Assembly: GCA_964016885.1 (NCBI GenBank)
Contig: OZ024741.1
Coordinates: 195,982,001 to 196,046,000 of the forward strand
Direction: 5' to 3'
DNA length: 64,000 bases
DNA from: Eledone cirrhosa
Taxonomy: Eukaryota
The notes under the pieces were generated by a model. The model ran no database searches. It was not told where the DNA came from and saw nothing but the letters and a program-made list of their open reading frames with translations. Each line of letters opens with the position of its first letter. The stretch's first letter is position 1. Positions 1 to 11,490 of this stretch are shown here, in pieces. A program made the position numbers and the translations under genes.

Positions 1-1
1 C

Positions 2-1921
2 TTCAACCTGAAAGATCATAAATCAAACTTTAACTCTAATCCTTCTATAAGACTTATATGTCCCTCCAAATCAGATATTGGAATAATTAACAAAAAAATT
101 TTAGATAGAGTCATCCCACAAATAAGAAAACATGTTAATTTACCACTCTGGGAAAACACTTCCCAGGTAATTAACTGGTTTAATAATATTAGATGTAAAT
201 CCTCTGCTTCATTTCTACAATTTGATATAGATAATTACTATTCTTCTATATCACCTATACTCCTGAACAAAGCTTTGATATTTGCTAAAAATAGATCTAA
301 CTTAACTTTGGATGACATTAATATTATTACACATGCTAGACTAACACTAATTGAATTTCAGAATGAATACTGGACCAGAAACACATATAGTAATCTATTT
401 GATATTACTATGGGCTCAAGCGATTCTGCCCAAATTACTGATCTTGTGGGCCTCTTTCTTCTTTTTAACATAAATGCTTCCTTTCCCCACCTTAAAGGTG
501 GTTTATATCGTGATGACTGTCTTCTTCTTTCCAATAACCTTAGCCTCTCAGGGATAGAAAAAAACAAAAAGCTTATTAGAACTTTCCTTAAAGACTATTA
601 TAGTCTAGATATTACTTTTGAAAACACAAGTAAAGTAGTTAATTTCCTAGATATAACATTAGACTTAGCTACGGGTATCTACAAACCTTACCATAAACCC
701 AACCAAAATTTACACTACATACACTCACAATCTAATCACCCTAAATCTATCCTTAAAAACCTTGCATATAATATATCACTTAGAATTTCTAACCTTTCGT
801 CTAACCAAGATGTATTTGATAAAAGTGCGACCTTTTATAACGAAGCTCTAGCTAGAAGTGGCCACAAAAATAGATTGGAATATATAACTTCTACTAATAA
901 CACTATAAACATACAACCTAATATTACCAACAAACACCAAATGAAACGTACACACCTTAATGCCACTCACACTATACCCCAAAATACCAACATAAAACCA
1001 AATTTCTCTAACTCCTCTAATATAAAGTATAGTAACTCTCAAAAAACTACTCATCCTACAACTCTAATAAATGTTAATAATAAAACTCCTAATAAACAAG
1101 CTAAAACACCTAAATCAATAAATCTAACTAAAAATGTGCGTGGAGAGGTCATTAACAATAATCCTCCTAGTAAACATCAGGATGCATCCTATAAAAACAA
1201 TAAACAACATAGAAACCGTAATAGACGAGTTACTTGGTATAATGCTCCATTTAATTTACAAATTAAGGATAATATACCTAAAAAATTCTTTAATATCCTA
1301 GAGAAAAACTTCCCGCCAAACCACAAATACCATCAAATCTTAAATAGATCAACAGTTAAATTCTCATACTCAACAACCAAAAACATAAAACAAAATATAA
1401 GTGCCTATAATGCATATAAATGTAAAAAAACCATAAGTATACCACCAGTACATCAAACTAGCCATAATATCTCCTCAAATACAGAATTAACGAAAGGTTG
1501 TAACTGTAGAAACAAGGCAAACTGCCCATTAAAAGGAAATTGTCTTGTTAACAACATAGTATATAAATGTAAAGTTAAAACTAAGGATTCTATTTGCTCA
1601 TATATAGGAGCTACTTCTAACAATTTTAAGGTAAGATTTAATACCCACAAACATAGTTTTAAAAATGCTGCACTGGCTAATACATCTCTAGCAGAAAAAA
1701 TTAATAGTTATAGAAAGAGGAATATAGAATATGATATGACCTGGAGTGTGCTCAAAAGAGCCACCCCTTATCAAAATAATAGAAATGAATGTAGATTGTG
1801 TTCCCAAGAACTATTTGAAATAATGAAATCTAAGGATATCCTATTAAATAAGCGACAGGAATTAATAATATCGTGTAATCATAAACTGAGAAAAACATTT
1901 AAATATTATAAACCTAATTAA
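2..1921 (+). CDS. Penelope-like element ORF (RT + C-terminal GIY-YIG endonuclease), Naiad-like clade; 5' end lies outside the window
   Basis: The frame is open from base 2 (FNLKDHKSNFNSNPSIRLICPSKSDIG...FLQFDIDNYYSSIS). It contains RT motifs FDITMGS, GLYRDD and VNFLDITLDL, the thumb YIHSQSNHP, the Cys linker CNCRNKANCPLKGNC, and the GIY-YIG-like IVYKC...SYIGAT...FKVRFNTH...CRLC. Confidence 0.92.
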   Translation, partial: FNLKDHKSNFNSNPSIRLICPSKSDIGIINKKILDRVIPQIRKHVNLPLWENTSQVINWFNNIRCKSSASFLQFDIDNYYSSISPILLNKALIFAKNRSNLTLDDINIITHARLTLIEFQNEYWTRNTYSNLFDITMGSSDSAQITDLVGLFLLFNINASFPHLKGGLYRDDCLLLSNNLSLSGIEKNKKLIRTFLKDYYSLDITFENTSKVVNFLDITLDLATGIYKPYHKPNQNLHYIHSQSNHPKSILKNLAYNISLRISNLSSNQDVFDKSATFYNEALARSGHKNRLEYITSTNNTINIQPNITNKHQMKRTHLNATHTIPQNTNIKPNFSNSSNIKYSNSQKTTHPTTLINVNNKTPNKQAKTPKSINLTKNVRGEVINNNPPSKHQDASYKNNKQHRNRNRRVTWYNAPFNLQIKDNIPKKFFNILEKNFPPNHKYHQILNRSTVKFSYSTTKNIKQNISAYNAYKCKKTISIPPVHQTSHNISSNTELTKGCNCRNKANCPLKGNCLVNNIVYKCKVKTKDSICSYIGATSNNFKVRFNTHKHSFKNAALANTSLAEKINSYRKRNIEYDMTWSVLKRATPYQNNRNECRLCSQELFEIMKSKDILLNKRQELIISCNHKLRKTFKYYKPN

Positions 1922-2830
1922 TAATACATATTTTAGAAATTAATATATAAATTAATTTTAATGTAGTTAACCTATAATTTTAATTTAATTAAAATTCTAC
2001 TACAGATGAAATAAAAAATATCGTATAATCATAAACTGAGAAAAACATTTAAATATTATTAACCTAATTAATATATACTTTAGAAATTAATATATAGATT
2101 AATTTTAGTTTATTTAACCTATTATTAAAATTCTATTACAGATGAAATACAACAAAATATCGTGTAATTAAAAACGGAGAAAAACTTTTTAATATTATAA
2201 ACCTAATTAATATACAATTTAGAAATTAATATATAAATTAATTTTAATTTAGTTAACCTATGATTTTAATTTAGTTAACTTATAATTAAAATTCTAATAC
2301 AGATGAAATGCAAAATATCGTGTAATCATAAACTGAGAAATACTTTTAAATATATACCTAATTAATATACACTTTACAAATTAATATATAGATTAATTTA
2401 AATTTAGTTAACCTATAATTAAAATTCTACTATAGATAAAATACAAAATTCTGCTTTAAATATTATAAACCTAATTAACATATACTATAGAAATTAATAT
2501 ATAATTTTTAATTTAGTTAACCTATAATTAATAATCTACTACCGATGAACTACTTAATTTGGCTTTCCCTCTTACAAAATTCATTTCCTAAAATTGATAC
2601 CATCATGTAAATATATGTAATTATTTTTAATTTAGTTATGCTATAATTAATACTCTACTACTGTTTAACTTCAAAATTCCGCTTTAAATATTATAAACCT
2701 AATTAGTATACACCTTAGAAATTAATATATTAACTATTTTTATTTTAGTTAACCTATAATTAATATTCTACTTATATTAAAATACATAATTTGGCTTTCC
2801 TTCTTACAAATACCATTTCCTAAAACTGAT
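1868..2830 (+). repeat. Degenerate AT-rich tandem repeat, ~140-160 bp units, starting within the last codons of the PLE ORF
   Basis: ATATCGTGTAATCATAAACTGAG...TTTAAATATTATAAACCTAATTAA recurs near 1868, 2018, 2157 and 2315, with partial copies near 2452 and 2680. Confidence 0.8.
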
Positions 2831-2939
2831 ACCACTAAGTAAACACATATTAAGCTTTAACTGCAGGTTAGTATTCTATGTTTCTTGAAACCTATATATT
2901 TACTATTTCCCACTAATAAATTTAATCCCCCCCCCCCAA

Positions 2940-3038
2940 TAATTATATGTATATGTAAGCGTGGATGTGTGTATGTGTATGTAAGTGTGTATGTATGTAT
3001 GTGTGTTTGTATGTGAGTATAAAAATACATGTGTATGC

Positions 3039-3106
<68 letters not shown>

Positions 3107-3326
3107 ATATATGTGTGTATATATATATGTGTGTGTGTGTGTATATATGTGTGTATATATATATGTGTGTGTGTGTGTATATATGTGTGTATATATATAT
3201 GTACATGTATGTGTAGAGATGTGTGTATGTATGTGTATATATGTGTATATGTGTCTGACTGTATATGTGTGTGTATGTCTATATATATGTATGTCTGAGT
3301 GTGTGTGTGGTTGTATATATACATGG

Positions 3327-3367
<41 letters not shown>

Positions 3368-3560
3368 TGTATATTTATATGTATGAGTATATGTTTTACT
3401 TATTTTTATGTGTGTGCATACAAACAGTGAGTGTAAGTATGTGTATGTGTGTGTGTATGTATGTACGTATCGAACGTATGGATGTGTAAATGTGCGTGTG
3501 TATATAAGCATGTATATTTTATGTTTCTTTTGTGAGACATGCGTGTCTGTGTATGTACGT
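2940..3560. repeat. Compound (TA)n/(TG)n/(TATG)n microsatellite
   Basis: Directly visible dinucleotide and tetranucleotide runs. Confidence 0.95.
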
Positions 3561-4065
3561 ACCACCCCCCTTTTTTTGTCTTTTTTTGTCTTTTCTTGAG
3601 TTTTTTCCTTCTATAAAAAAATTTTTTTATTTCTATTTTATTGATACATTTTTATAAGTGTGTCGAGATTGACACTTTCCTTTAATTACTATACTCCCTT
3701 ACCTCTTTTACTTCCGCATCTAAATGTAAGTGTGTGTGGGCGTGTTTATGTGAGCGCCTCAATATTCATATACTTATGATATATATATAGATATATATAT
3801 ATATATATATATATTCTGTCTGTTGATTACAGACATACAGATACATTAGCCCTAAATTTTATATTTACATACACTTTTTCACTATACGTATACATATACA
3901 CTTTTATGCACATCTGTGAGCGTATTTACATACATATATACACACCTAACTGTATTTTCTTGATAAATTTTTATGTATCTCAATCTTTATTTCATTGGTC
4001 TATTCAAAATCTGTTCCCAAACAGACCTATTATTTTGAATTGTTGTTATTATCAATAAACAAGCA

Positions 4066-4206
4066 TCATTATTTCTGAAGACACCATATATATGTGAAGG
4101 TATGTATATTCTCTCTGATAGTTTGTATAATTTTGTACATAGATCTTTTGAATATGCATACCAATTCTAACACATATATGTCCTAGAAACGATCGTATAA
4201 TAATGA
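4066..4206 (+). ncRNA. Type I hammerhead ribozyme motif of the PLE pseudo-LTR, with a very long stem II
   Basis: Stem I TCATTATT (4066-4073) pairs with AATAATGA (4199-4206). Core CTGAAGA is at 4075-4081 and GAAAC at 4186-4190. Stem III is the minimal palindrome ACGATCGT, followed by a GTA cleavage triplet (4195-4197). Stem II arms include CATATATATGTG/CACATATATG and GGTATGTATATTC/GAATATGCATACC. Confidence 0.7.
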
Positions 4207-4335
4207 ACTTTTTTTGTTTAATATAAGGAACTGTTTCTTTGTTTATTCATTATTTTTTTTATAATTTATATATATATATATATATGTGTGCATATATATG
4301 TATATATATATATGTATATATGTATATATATATAT

Positions 4336-4962
4336 TTCTATAGAAATAGTGGACAGCTTCCGTTACCTGGGTGACAAAATCAGCAGTGGGGGAGGGTGCT
4401 CTGAAAGTACAGTAGCTAGAGTCCGAACTGGATGGAAAAAGTTCAGAGAGCTTATACCACTATTAGCCGCTAAAGGGTTCTCCTTAAAAATGAAAGGCAG
4501 GTTGTACGATGCCTGCATACGAACAGCAATGTTGCATGGCAGTGAGACCTGGGCATTGTGTGCAGAGGATATATGCAGACTAGAGAGAAACGAAGCTTGC
4601 ATGCTCCGCTGGATGTGTAATAGTAATATACGTGAACGGCAAAGCATAAGCGAACTAAGGAAAAAATTAGAAATAAGAGGGATCAGATGTTGTTTACTCG
4701 AGAGAAGGCTACGTTGGTATGGTCACGTGATGCGCCTGAAGGACGATAGCTGTATAACAAAGTGCAGGGCAATAAAGATAGACGGTAGCCACGGAATAGG
4801 CAGACCCAGAAAAACCTGGGACGAGCTGATAAATTCCGACCTCACACACTTACACCTCACCAAGACAATGTCACTGGACCGAGACCTTTGGCGGTACTCA
4901 GTAATAGAGAAGACCCGCCTTACCTAAATACAAAGTAAAACCTACTACAGTCAGTAGGCATC
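4336..4962 (+). mobile_element. 5'-truncated RTE LINE copy A, left part (C-terminal ORF and start of 3'UTR)
   Basis: Reads SIEIVDSFRYLGDKISSGGGCSES...RRLRWYGHVMR...GRPRKTW. It is near-identical to 50307-51004 and to the minus-strand copy. Confidence 0.9.
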
Positions 4963-7900
4963 ATCAACATCATCATCATCAACGTTTAACGTCCGTGTTC
5001 CACGCTTGCATGGGTTTGGACGGGGGTAGTCCCACTTGAGGCAAGAGTGATTGTCTTGCTCGCATAGGACTGTCTGGCAGGTTTTCTACAGTTGGATGCC
5101 CTTCCTAACACCAACCACATTTACAGTGTGGGTCTGGGAGGTTTTTACCGTGTTGCCTACACGGCCACAATACAGCGTGGACTGTGTGTTTTTTTGTCGT
5201 GACACCTACACGATCTCATTTGTTTCGGCCTGGATGGCGCGGCACCAACATAACTTTACATAGAACGGGGTGGTGTGGATGGGGTGGGGGTGGTGGTGGT
5301 GGGACGGGGTGTATTTTGTTAGAGATGCCTACTGTCTGTAGTAGGTTTTACTATGTATTTAGGTAAGGCGTGTCTTCTCTGTTACTGAGTACCGCCAAAG
5401 GTCTCGGTCCAGTGACATTGTCTTGGAGAGGTGTAAGTGTGTGAGGTCGGAGTTTATCAGCTCGTCCCAGGTTTTTCTAGGTCTGCCTATTCCGTGGCTA
5501 CCGTCAATCTTTATTGCCCTGCACTTTGTTATACAGCTATCGACTTTCATGCACATCACGTGTCCATACCAACGTAGCCTTCTCTCGAGTAAACAACATC
5601 TGATCCCTCTTATTTCTAATTTTTTCCTTAGTTCGTTTATGCTTTGCCGTTCACGTATATTACTGTTACACATCCAGCGGAGCATGCAAGCTTCGTTCCT
5701 CTCTAGTCTGCGTATATCCTCTGCACACAATGCCCAGGTCTCACTGCCATTCAACATTGTTGTTCGTATGCAGGCATCGTACAACCTGCCTTTCATTTTT
5801 AGGGAGAACCCTTTAGCAGCTAATAGTGGTATAAGCTCTCTGAACTTTTTCCAACCAGTTCTGACTCTAGCTACTGTACTTTCAGAGCACCCTCGCCCAC
5901 TGCTGATTTTATCGCCCAGGTAACGGAAGCTGTCCACTATTTATATAGAACCCTCTGCGCAATTGAAAGAGCTAGTATTTTGTGGGCACTTGCTGCTACT
6001 TATTGCACCAGAGCACCGGCCACATGTAAAATCTATGTTCTTAGTTAGCTTACCTGTGATCCCACTACATCTTTTATGCACCCATACTTTGCATTTAGGA
6101 CATAAAATGGAGTTTCTACCTACGGCTTTCCTACACACTGAGCATGACCATTTCCCAGAAGGGACCGCCGCCTTATTTTCTTTCCTACAAACTAGAACTT
6201 TAGTCTTAGCCAGGTTAATTTTAAGCCCTTTTGATTCTAGGCCGTGCTTCCATGTTTGGAATTTCTTCTCTAGCTCGGCCATTGATTCAGCTATGAGTGT
6301 CAGGTCGTCTGCGTATAGGAGTTCCCATGGGCAGCCGGTCTTGAACTCCTCTGTTATAGCCTGAAGGGCAATAATAAATAGTAGGGGGCTGAGAACAGAG
6401 CCCTGATGGACGCCAACTTTTACGCTAAACTCTTCACTATATTCGTTGTTAATTCTAACCTTGCTGACTGTTTCTTTATACATGGCTTGTATAGCTCTCA
6501 CAAGCCATTCGTCAACACCTAGTTTTCTAAGAGCCCACCAGATAATGGAGCGGGGGACTCTGTCGAAGGCTTTCTCCAAGTCGACAAAAGCTAAGTAGAG
6601 GGGTTTACCTTTAGCTAGGTACTTCTCCTGTAGTTGTCGTACAATGAAAAGAGCGTCTGTGGTACTTTTGCCTGACACAAACCCGAACTGCATTTCATCT
6701 AGGTCAATTCTCTCTCTGATTAGTTGCGCTATTACTTTTTCCGTGACCTTCATGACCTGGTCGATTAATTTAATGCCTCTATAGTAACTCCTATCTAGGG
6801 CGTCTCCTTTACCCTTATAACAGTTAACGATGATGCTGCTATGCCAGTCCTTCGGAACAACCCCATTCTGTACGACTTGGTTAACTATGCGGGTGACCAT
6901 GGTGTGTCCCACCGTGCCAGATGCCTTCAGCATCTCAGCAACTATTTCCGAAGGCCCAGCCGCCTTACCCGTCTTCATATCCTTGATTGCCTTACTTATT
7001 ATACTCCCCTCGACTAACACTGCTGGTCCCTCTATTGGGTCGATGTGGGGGAGACTGTCTTTCTCCCATTTATTCTCCTCATTTAGTAGCCTTTCATAGT
7101 GACACTTCCAAGCTACCTTCTTATCAGCGTCGGTGATGGCAAGTACGCCGTCATCATTAAGTACACACTTCTCCCCGACAATATCACGGTTTTCCTTGAC
7201 GCATTGCCTAGCAATCCTGAACACCTCACGTTTTTGGTCCTCGCGTTGTAGAACATGCTTGAACTTTCTTTCCTCTGCTTCCCTTCTTGCTAAGTACACT
7301 TGTCTCCTAGCTTCCCTCCTGGCCACTTGATAGTCTTCTCTACTTCCCCCATCCCGCCATACTTTCCAAGCCTGCTTTTTGGCCTTAATTGACCCCTCCA
7401 CCTTACTGTTCCACCACCATGTTACTCTCCTCCTGCCTACAGGCCTGCTCCAGCCACAGACTTCGTCTGTCGCCATCAGCAGGTTTGCTTTCAGAAATTC
7501 CCACTGTCCCTCTATATTGTCCGACTCTAAATGCTCTTCCTTACTGTCGAAAGCATCAAGTAATATGTTTTGAAATTTATCTCTGGCTGTGGGGTCCTTT
7601 AGATTCCATATTTTTCTCCTGAGGATAGTCCTCTTCTGCTGTCGAGTACGTCTCGTCCTGACTATGAGGTCGCTAATTATCAGTCTATGTTGGGAGGTGC
7701 ATTCTTCATGGGGGAGGGATTTAGTGTTTACAACAGACACTCTGTCACGTCTTCTGGTAAGGATATAATCTACCTGGCTTGTGTGTTCCCCGGATCTATA
7801 GGTGATTGTCACGTTTTTTGAAGTTAGTGTTACAGATAGTTAGGTTATTTGCGTCACAGAATTCCAGGATTCTGGAACCTTCCTCATTTCTAGTACCAAA

Positions 7901-8554
7901 CCCATAGCCTCCATGGATTTCGTCGTAGCCATCACAATGTTGTCCAACGTGACCATTTAGGTCGCCTGCAATAATTATATAGTCACTGTCGGATATTTGG
8001 GAGGTAGTGAGCATCAGTGTCTCATAGAATCTGTCTTTTATAGTGCCGGGCAGTCCGGATTGGGGTGCGTACGCAGATATTACTGTCACCGTAGTTCTAT
8101 TGAGGACAAGTCGTATTTTAATTATTCTGTCGTTCACTCTATTTACGTCTATTATCTTATCTGCCCACTTTTCTGCTACCATGATTCCTACTCCACCCAG
8201 CCCATCGTCGTTTCCCACCCAGAAAAGCTTATAACATCGTTTTTTACCCTCAATGAATCTAGCAGACCCACCCCTCCACCTGGTCTCTTGAATACAACAA
8301 ACATCGACCTCCTTACGTTCAAGCATTTCTACAACCTCGTTAGCGCGACCTTTTAGGGTGCCTACATTTATGGTACCAACTCTGAAGTTTTGGATTGCGT
8401 TTGGAGGGTGGGGGCGGTGGGGGGCGGGGGGAGATGGGGTTATGTTAGCCGTCCGCGGTCGAAACAAAGAGGAGTGCTCGCATTCTCGTCCACGAGGTGA
8501 ATTTGTCTTTATCTTTGGCATTTTCGCTGAGCGTCCAGATTTTTCTCTCTCTTC
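4963..8554 (-). mobile_element. Near full-length RTE-clade LINE copy B (APE endonuclease + RT + Cys/His finger), inactivated by one frameshift and one stop
   Basis: EN motifs GTINVGTL, CIQETRW, SAYAPQ and AGDLNGHVG. RT motifs QFGF, FVDLEKAFDRV, GVHQGSVLSP and LLYADD. The (GAT)n tail is at ~4963-4980, the frameshift at ~7800 and a TAA at 5941-5943. Confidence 0.93.
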
Positions 8555-8910
8555 CATCTCTAACAAAATACACCCCCGTCCCACCAGCCCCACCCCATCC
8601 ACACCGCCCCTTTCAATGTAAAGTTATGTTGGTGCCACAACATCCAGGCCGAAACAAATGAGATCGTGTAGTGTCACGTCAAAAAAACACACAGTTCACG
8701 CTGTAATGTGGCCGTGTAGGTAACACGGTAAAAACCTCCCAGCCCCACACTGTAAATGTGGTTGGTGTTAGGAAGGGCATCCAGCTGTAGAAAACCCGCC
8801 AGATAGTCCTATGCGAGCAAGGCAACCACTCTTGCCTCAAGTGGGAAAACCCCCGTCCAAACCCATGCAAGCGTGGAACACGGATGTTAAACGTTGATGA
8901 TGATGATGAT
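8555..8910 (+). mobile_element. RTE LINE copy A, right part (rest of 3'UTR and (GAT)n tail)
   Basis: Continues the sequence GTAGGCATC|TCTAACAAAATACAC that is seen uninterrupted at 50645-50670. Ends in GTTAAACGTTGATGATGAT. Confidence 0.88.
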
Positions 8911-8964
8911 AATATATATATATATGTATATTTATATATGTGTATATATATGTGTATATATATA

Positions 8965-9003
<39 letters not shown>

Positions 9004-9036
9004 ATATATATATATATATATATGTATATGCATATA

Positions 9037-9373
9037 TCATCGTCTTCATCATTTTACGTCCACTTTTCCCTGCTTGCAAGGGTGGGACGGGAACTGATTC
9101 TGGCTTGATTTCTACAGCTGGATGCCCTTCCTAACACCAACCTCATTTACGGTGAGTGCTGGGTGCTTTTTGCCGTGGCACCTCCACGACCACTTTGCAG
9201 TGGAATGATAGGGACTCCAGTCCCTATCATCTCATTTCTACAGCTGAGTAAACTGGAGCAATGTGAAATAAAGTGTCTTGCTCAAGGAAACAACACATCA
9301 CCCGGTCTGAGAATTGAACTCACAACCTTTCAATTGCAAGCCCAATGCTCTAACCACTAAGCCATGTGCCTCC
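9037..9373 (-). mobile_element. tRNA-derived SINE with an RTE-derived 3' tail
   Basis: The minus-strand head GGCACATGGCTTAGTGGTTAG...GAGTTCAATTCTC carries Pol III A/B boxes. The central block is TCCTTGAGCAAGACACTTTATTTCAC. The tail matches the LINE 3' end at 13866-13918. Confidence 0.8.
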
Positions 9374-9774
9374 ATATATACACGCATATATATATATATA
9401 TATGTATCATGGGGCGACGGGTCCGTGCATGCGTTATAAAATCTTGAGTTGATCAATTGCGTCAGTTGAAGCAAGCAGAATTTTGGCTGCTTACTAAAAC
9501 GTATAAACACACAAAAAGATAACACACACACACACACACACAAACGCACGACAGCTTTGGGGCAAGCATAATTTTGACTGCTTACTAAATCGTAGACACA
9601 TAAAAAGATAACACACAAACACACTAGATAACACTACATGCGGCTTTGACCAGGAGGGTCATTTAGAGGGAATTAGGAGGGAGGGCAAGGCTGCACAGCC
9701 CCACAGCCCCACTTTCCGCCATGGCGATTGGACTGCATGCCCTCCTTTCCATGTTACCCTTCGCCACTGATATG

Positions 9775-9819
<45 letters not shown>

Positions 9820-9822
9820 ATA

Positions 9823-10729
9823 TCATTATCTATAAAAGGCAGATTGTTGTTGTGTGTGTGTGTGTGCATGTTCCATGTTTATACATTTGCACAATTTTAA
9901 ACCGATTCGACTCAAAGTCTGTATGAATGTTGTAAATGGTCTAACTTAGGTCAATGACTATTTATTTATGTCAAACTCACCCACAATTACGGAAATAATC
10001 GATAAAACTAAATACATGACGCTTTACCCCTCTAATACAATCTGAATCCTCTCTCTACTCCTCTTAAAATTCGATAAAACTACATACATGCTGCAACTTT
10101 CTCTTATATACGCTTAAACTTACAAACTTCCTTTAGGAACGCCGAAGAAAGAAGAGAGAAAGAAATGAAGAGAGAGAGAGAGAGAGAGAGAGAGAACGTT
10201 TGTTTTTGAGTCGAAACAACAATTATTCAAAATCAACAGATAAATTTATTCAACAACAACAAAAATAGCGATAAATCTTTTTTAAAACATCTCTCAACGA
10301 ACGTGGAAGAAAGAAGTATCAGTTTATTTACTATACACAATAATATCCTCTATGAGGTCACTAAACCTGTTAGAAACAGCAGCTAACTCTCCCCCATATC
10401 ACACCCCTCCCTACTGTCTTAAATTTAGAAAACACACAGACAACCATGCAGAACAACTCCATCGCAGCTCTGTTGTTCGGTTGGCATCGTCTACGCGCGT
10501 GTTGCGCAAGTACTGTGAAACAATAAATTTCAACACTTCTTTGCACAGAGATAATATCCATAGGCGAAACTACAATTATCACTGCTGGCGCAGCTCCTGC
10601 TTCGGCAGTCCAGGTCTGCAATTCATTCACCCAGTGCCTGGCAGACAAAAAAGTGCTGCCATAAAATGGGTGGTGCAACCTAACTTTGGTAACTTACTGA
10701 CCCCGAGCAACGCTGGGCTTTAATGCTAG
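9823..10729 (+). mobile_element. Non-autonomous Helitron
   Basis: 5' A|TC start, 3' hairpin CCCGAGCAACGCTGGG and CTAG|T end, no TSD. It has the same 3' terminus as 52500-53123. Confidence 0.75.
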
Positions 10730-10741
10730 TATATATATATA

Positions 10742-10775
<34 letters not shown>

Positions 10776-10776
<1 letters not shown>

Positions 10777-11106
10777 CATCATCATCATTATCATTTTACA
10801 TCCGCTTTTCCCTGCTTGCAAGGGTGGGACGGGAACTGATTCTGGCTTGATTTCTACAGCTGGATGCCTTTCCTAACACCAACCTCATTTACAGTGAGTG
10901 CTGGGTGCTTTTTTTTTGCCGTGGCACCTCCACGACCACTTTGCAGTGGAATGATAGGGACCCCAGTCCCTATCATCTCATTTCTACAGCTGAGTAAACT
11001 GGAGCAATGTGAAATAAAGTGTCTTGCTCAAGGAAACAACACATCACCCGGTCTGAGAATTGAACTCACAACCTTTCGATTGCAAGCCCAATTCTCTAAC
11101 CACTAA
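10776..11106 (-). mobile_element. Second, near-identical copy of the 9037-9373 SINE
   Basis: Direct sequence match over ~330 bp. Confidence 0.8.
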
Positions 11107-11159
11107 CCAACAGCACCATTGTCTGTGTTGAATGTGTGTGTATGTATTTATATATATGC

Positions 11160-11490
11160 AACTATAATAACAGCAACAGCACCATTGTCTGCAGCAGCAG
11201 CATCAGTGAAATGAAGAACAACAACAACGGCAGAAGCAACAACAACTGCCACCACCATCACTGACCATCCACCACCACCACCATCACTGACACCATCCAC
11301 CACCACAACCACCACTATCACTGGCACCATCCACCACCACCGCCATCACCACTACTACCACCATCACTAGCACCATCCACCACCACCACCACCATCGACC
11401 ACCATCACCATCTCCACCACTACCACTACTACCACCTCCACCACTACTACCACCACCACCAGCGTAAAGCAAATAATAATTATTATTATT
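11160..11490. repeat. (CAA/CAG/CAC/TAC)n trinucleotide low-complexity tract
   Basis: Visible triplet runs. Confidence 0.9.

Larger units (their letters stand above)
1..4267 (+). mobile_element. Penelope-like retroelement including its 3' non-coding / pseudo-LTR region
   Basis: The ORF is followed by AT-rich tandem repeats, microsatellites, a hammerhead motif at 4066-4206 and a T-rich end abutting (TA)n. The 3' boundary is approximate. Confidence 0.65.

Noticed and set aside
1495-1921. Selenoprotein-type Naiad (UGA-encoded Sec in the endonuclease region)
   Set aside because: All visible Cys positions use TGT/TGC, and there is no in-frame TGA in the ORF.
2857-3599. Y/I/H/T and C/V/Y ORFs (also at 8837-9134 and 58553-59284)
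   Set aside because: Translations of dinucleotide microsatellites.
8555-8602. N-terminus MDGVGLVGRGCILLE of ORF 7796-8602
   Set aside because: It is read-through from the antisense 3'UTR of host copy A, not part of the inserted element.
5423-8621. Plus-strand ORFs overlapping the minus-strand RTE
   Set aside because: Antisense shadows of the LINE ORF with no independent motifs.
9300-9373. tRNA genes at SINE heads (also ~42790 and ~57060-57152)
   Set aside because: A/B boxes are present, but there is no complete cloverleaf and they continue into SINE bodies.
9408-9769. Possible hAT-like MITE ending in CGCCACTG
   Set aside because: The left terminus matches poorly and no TSD can be identified.
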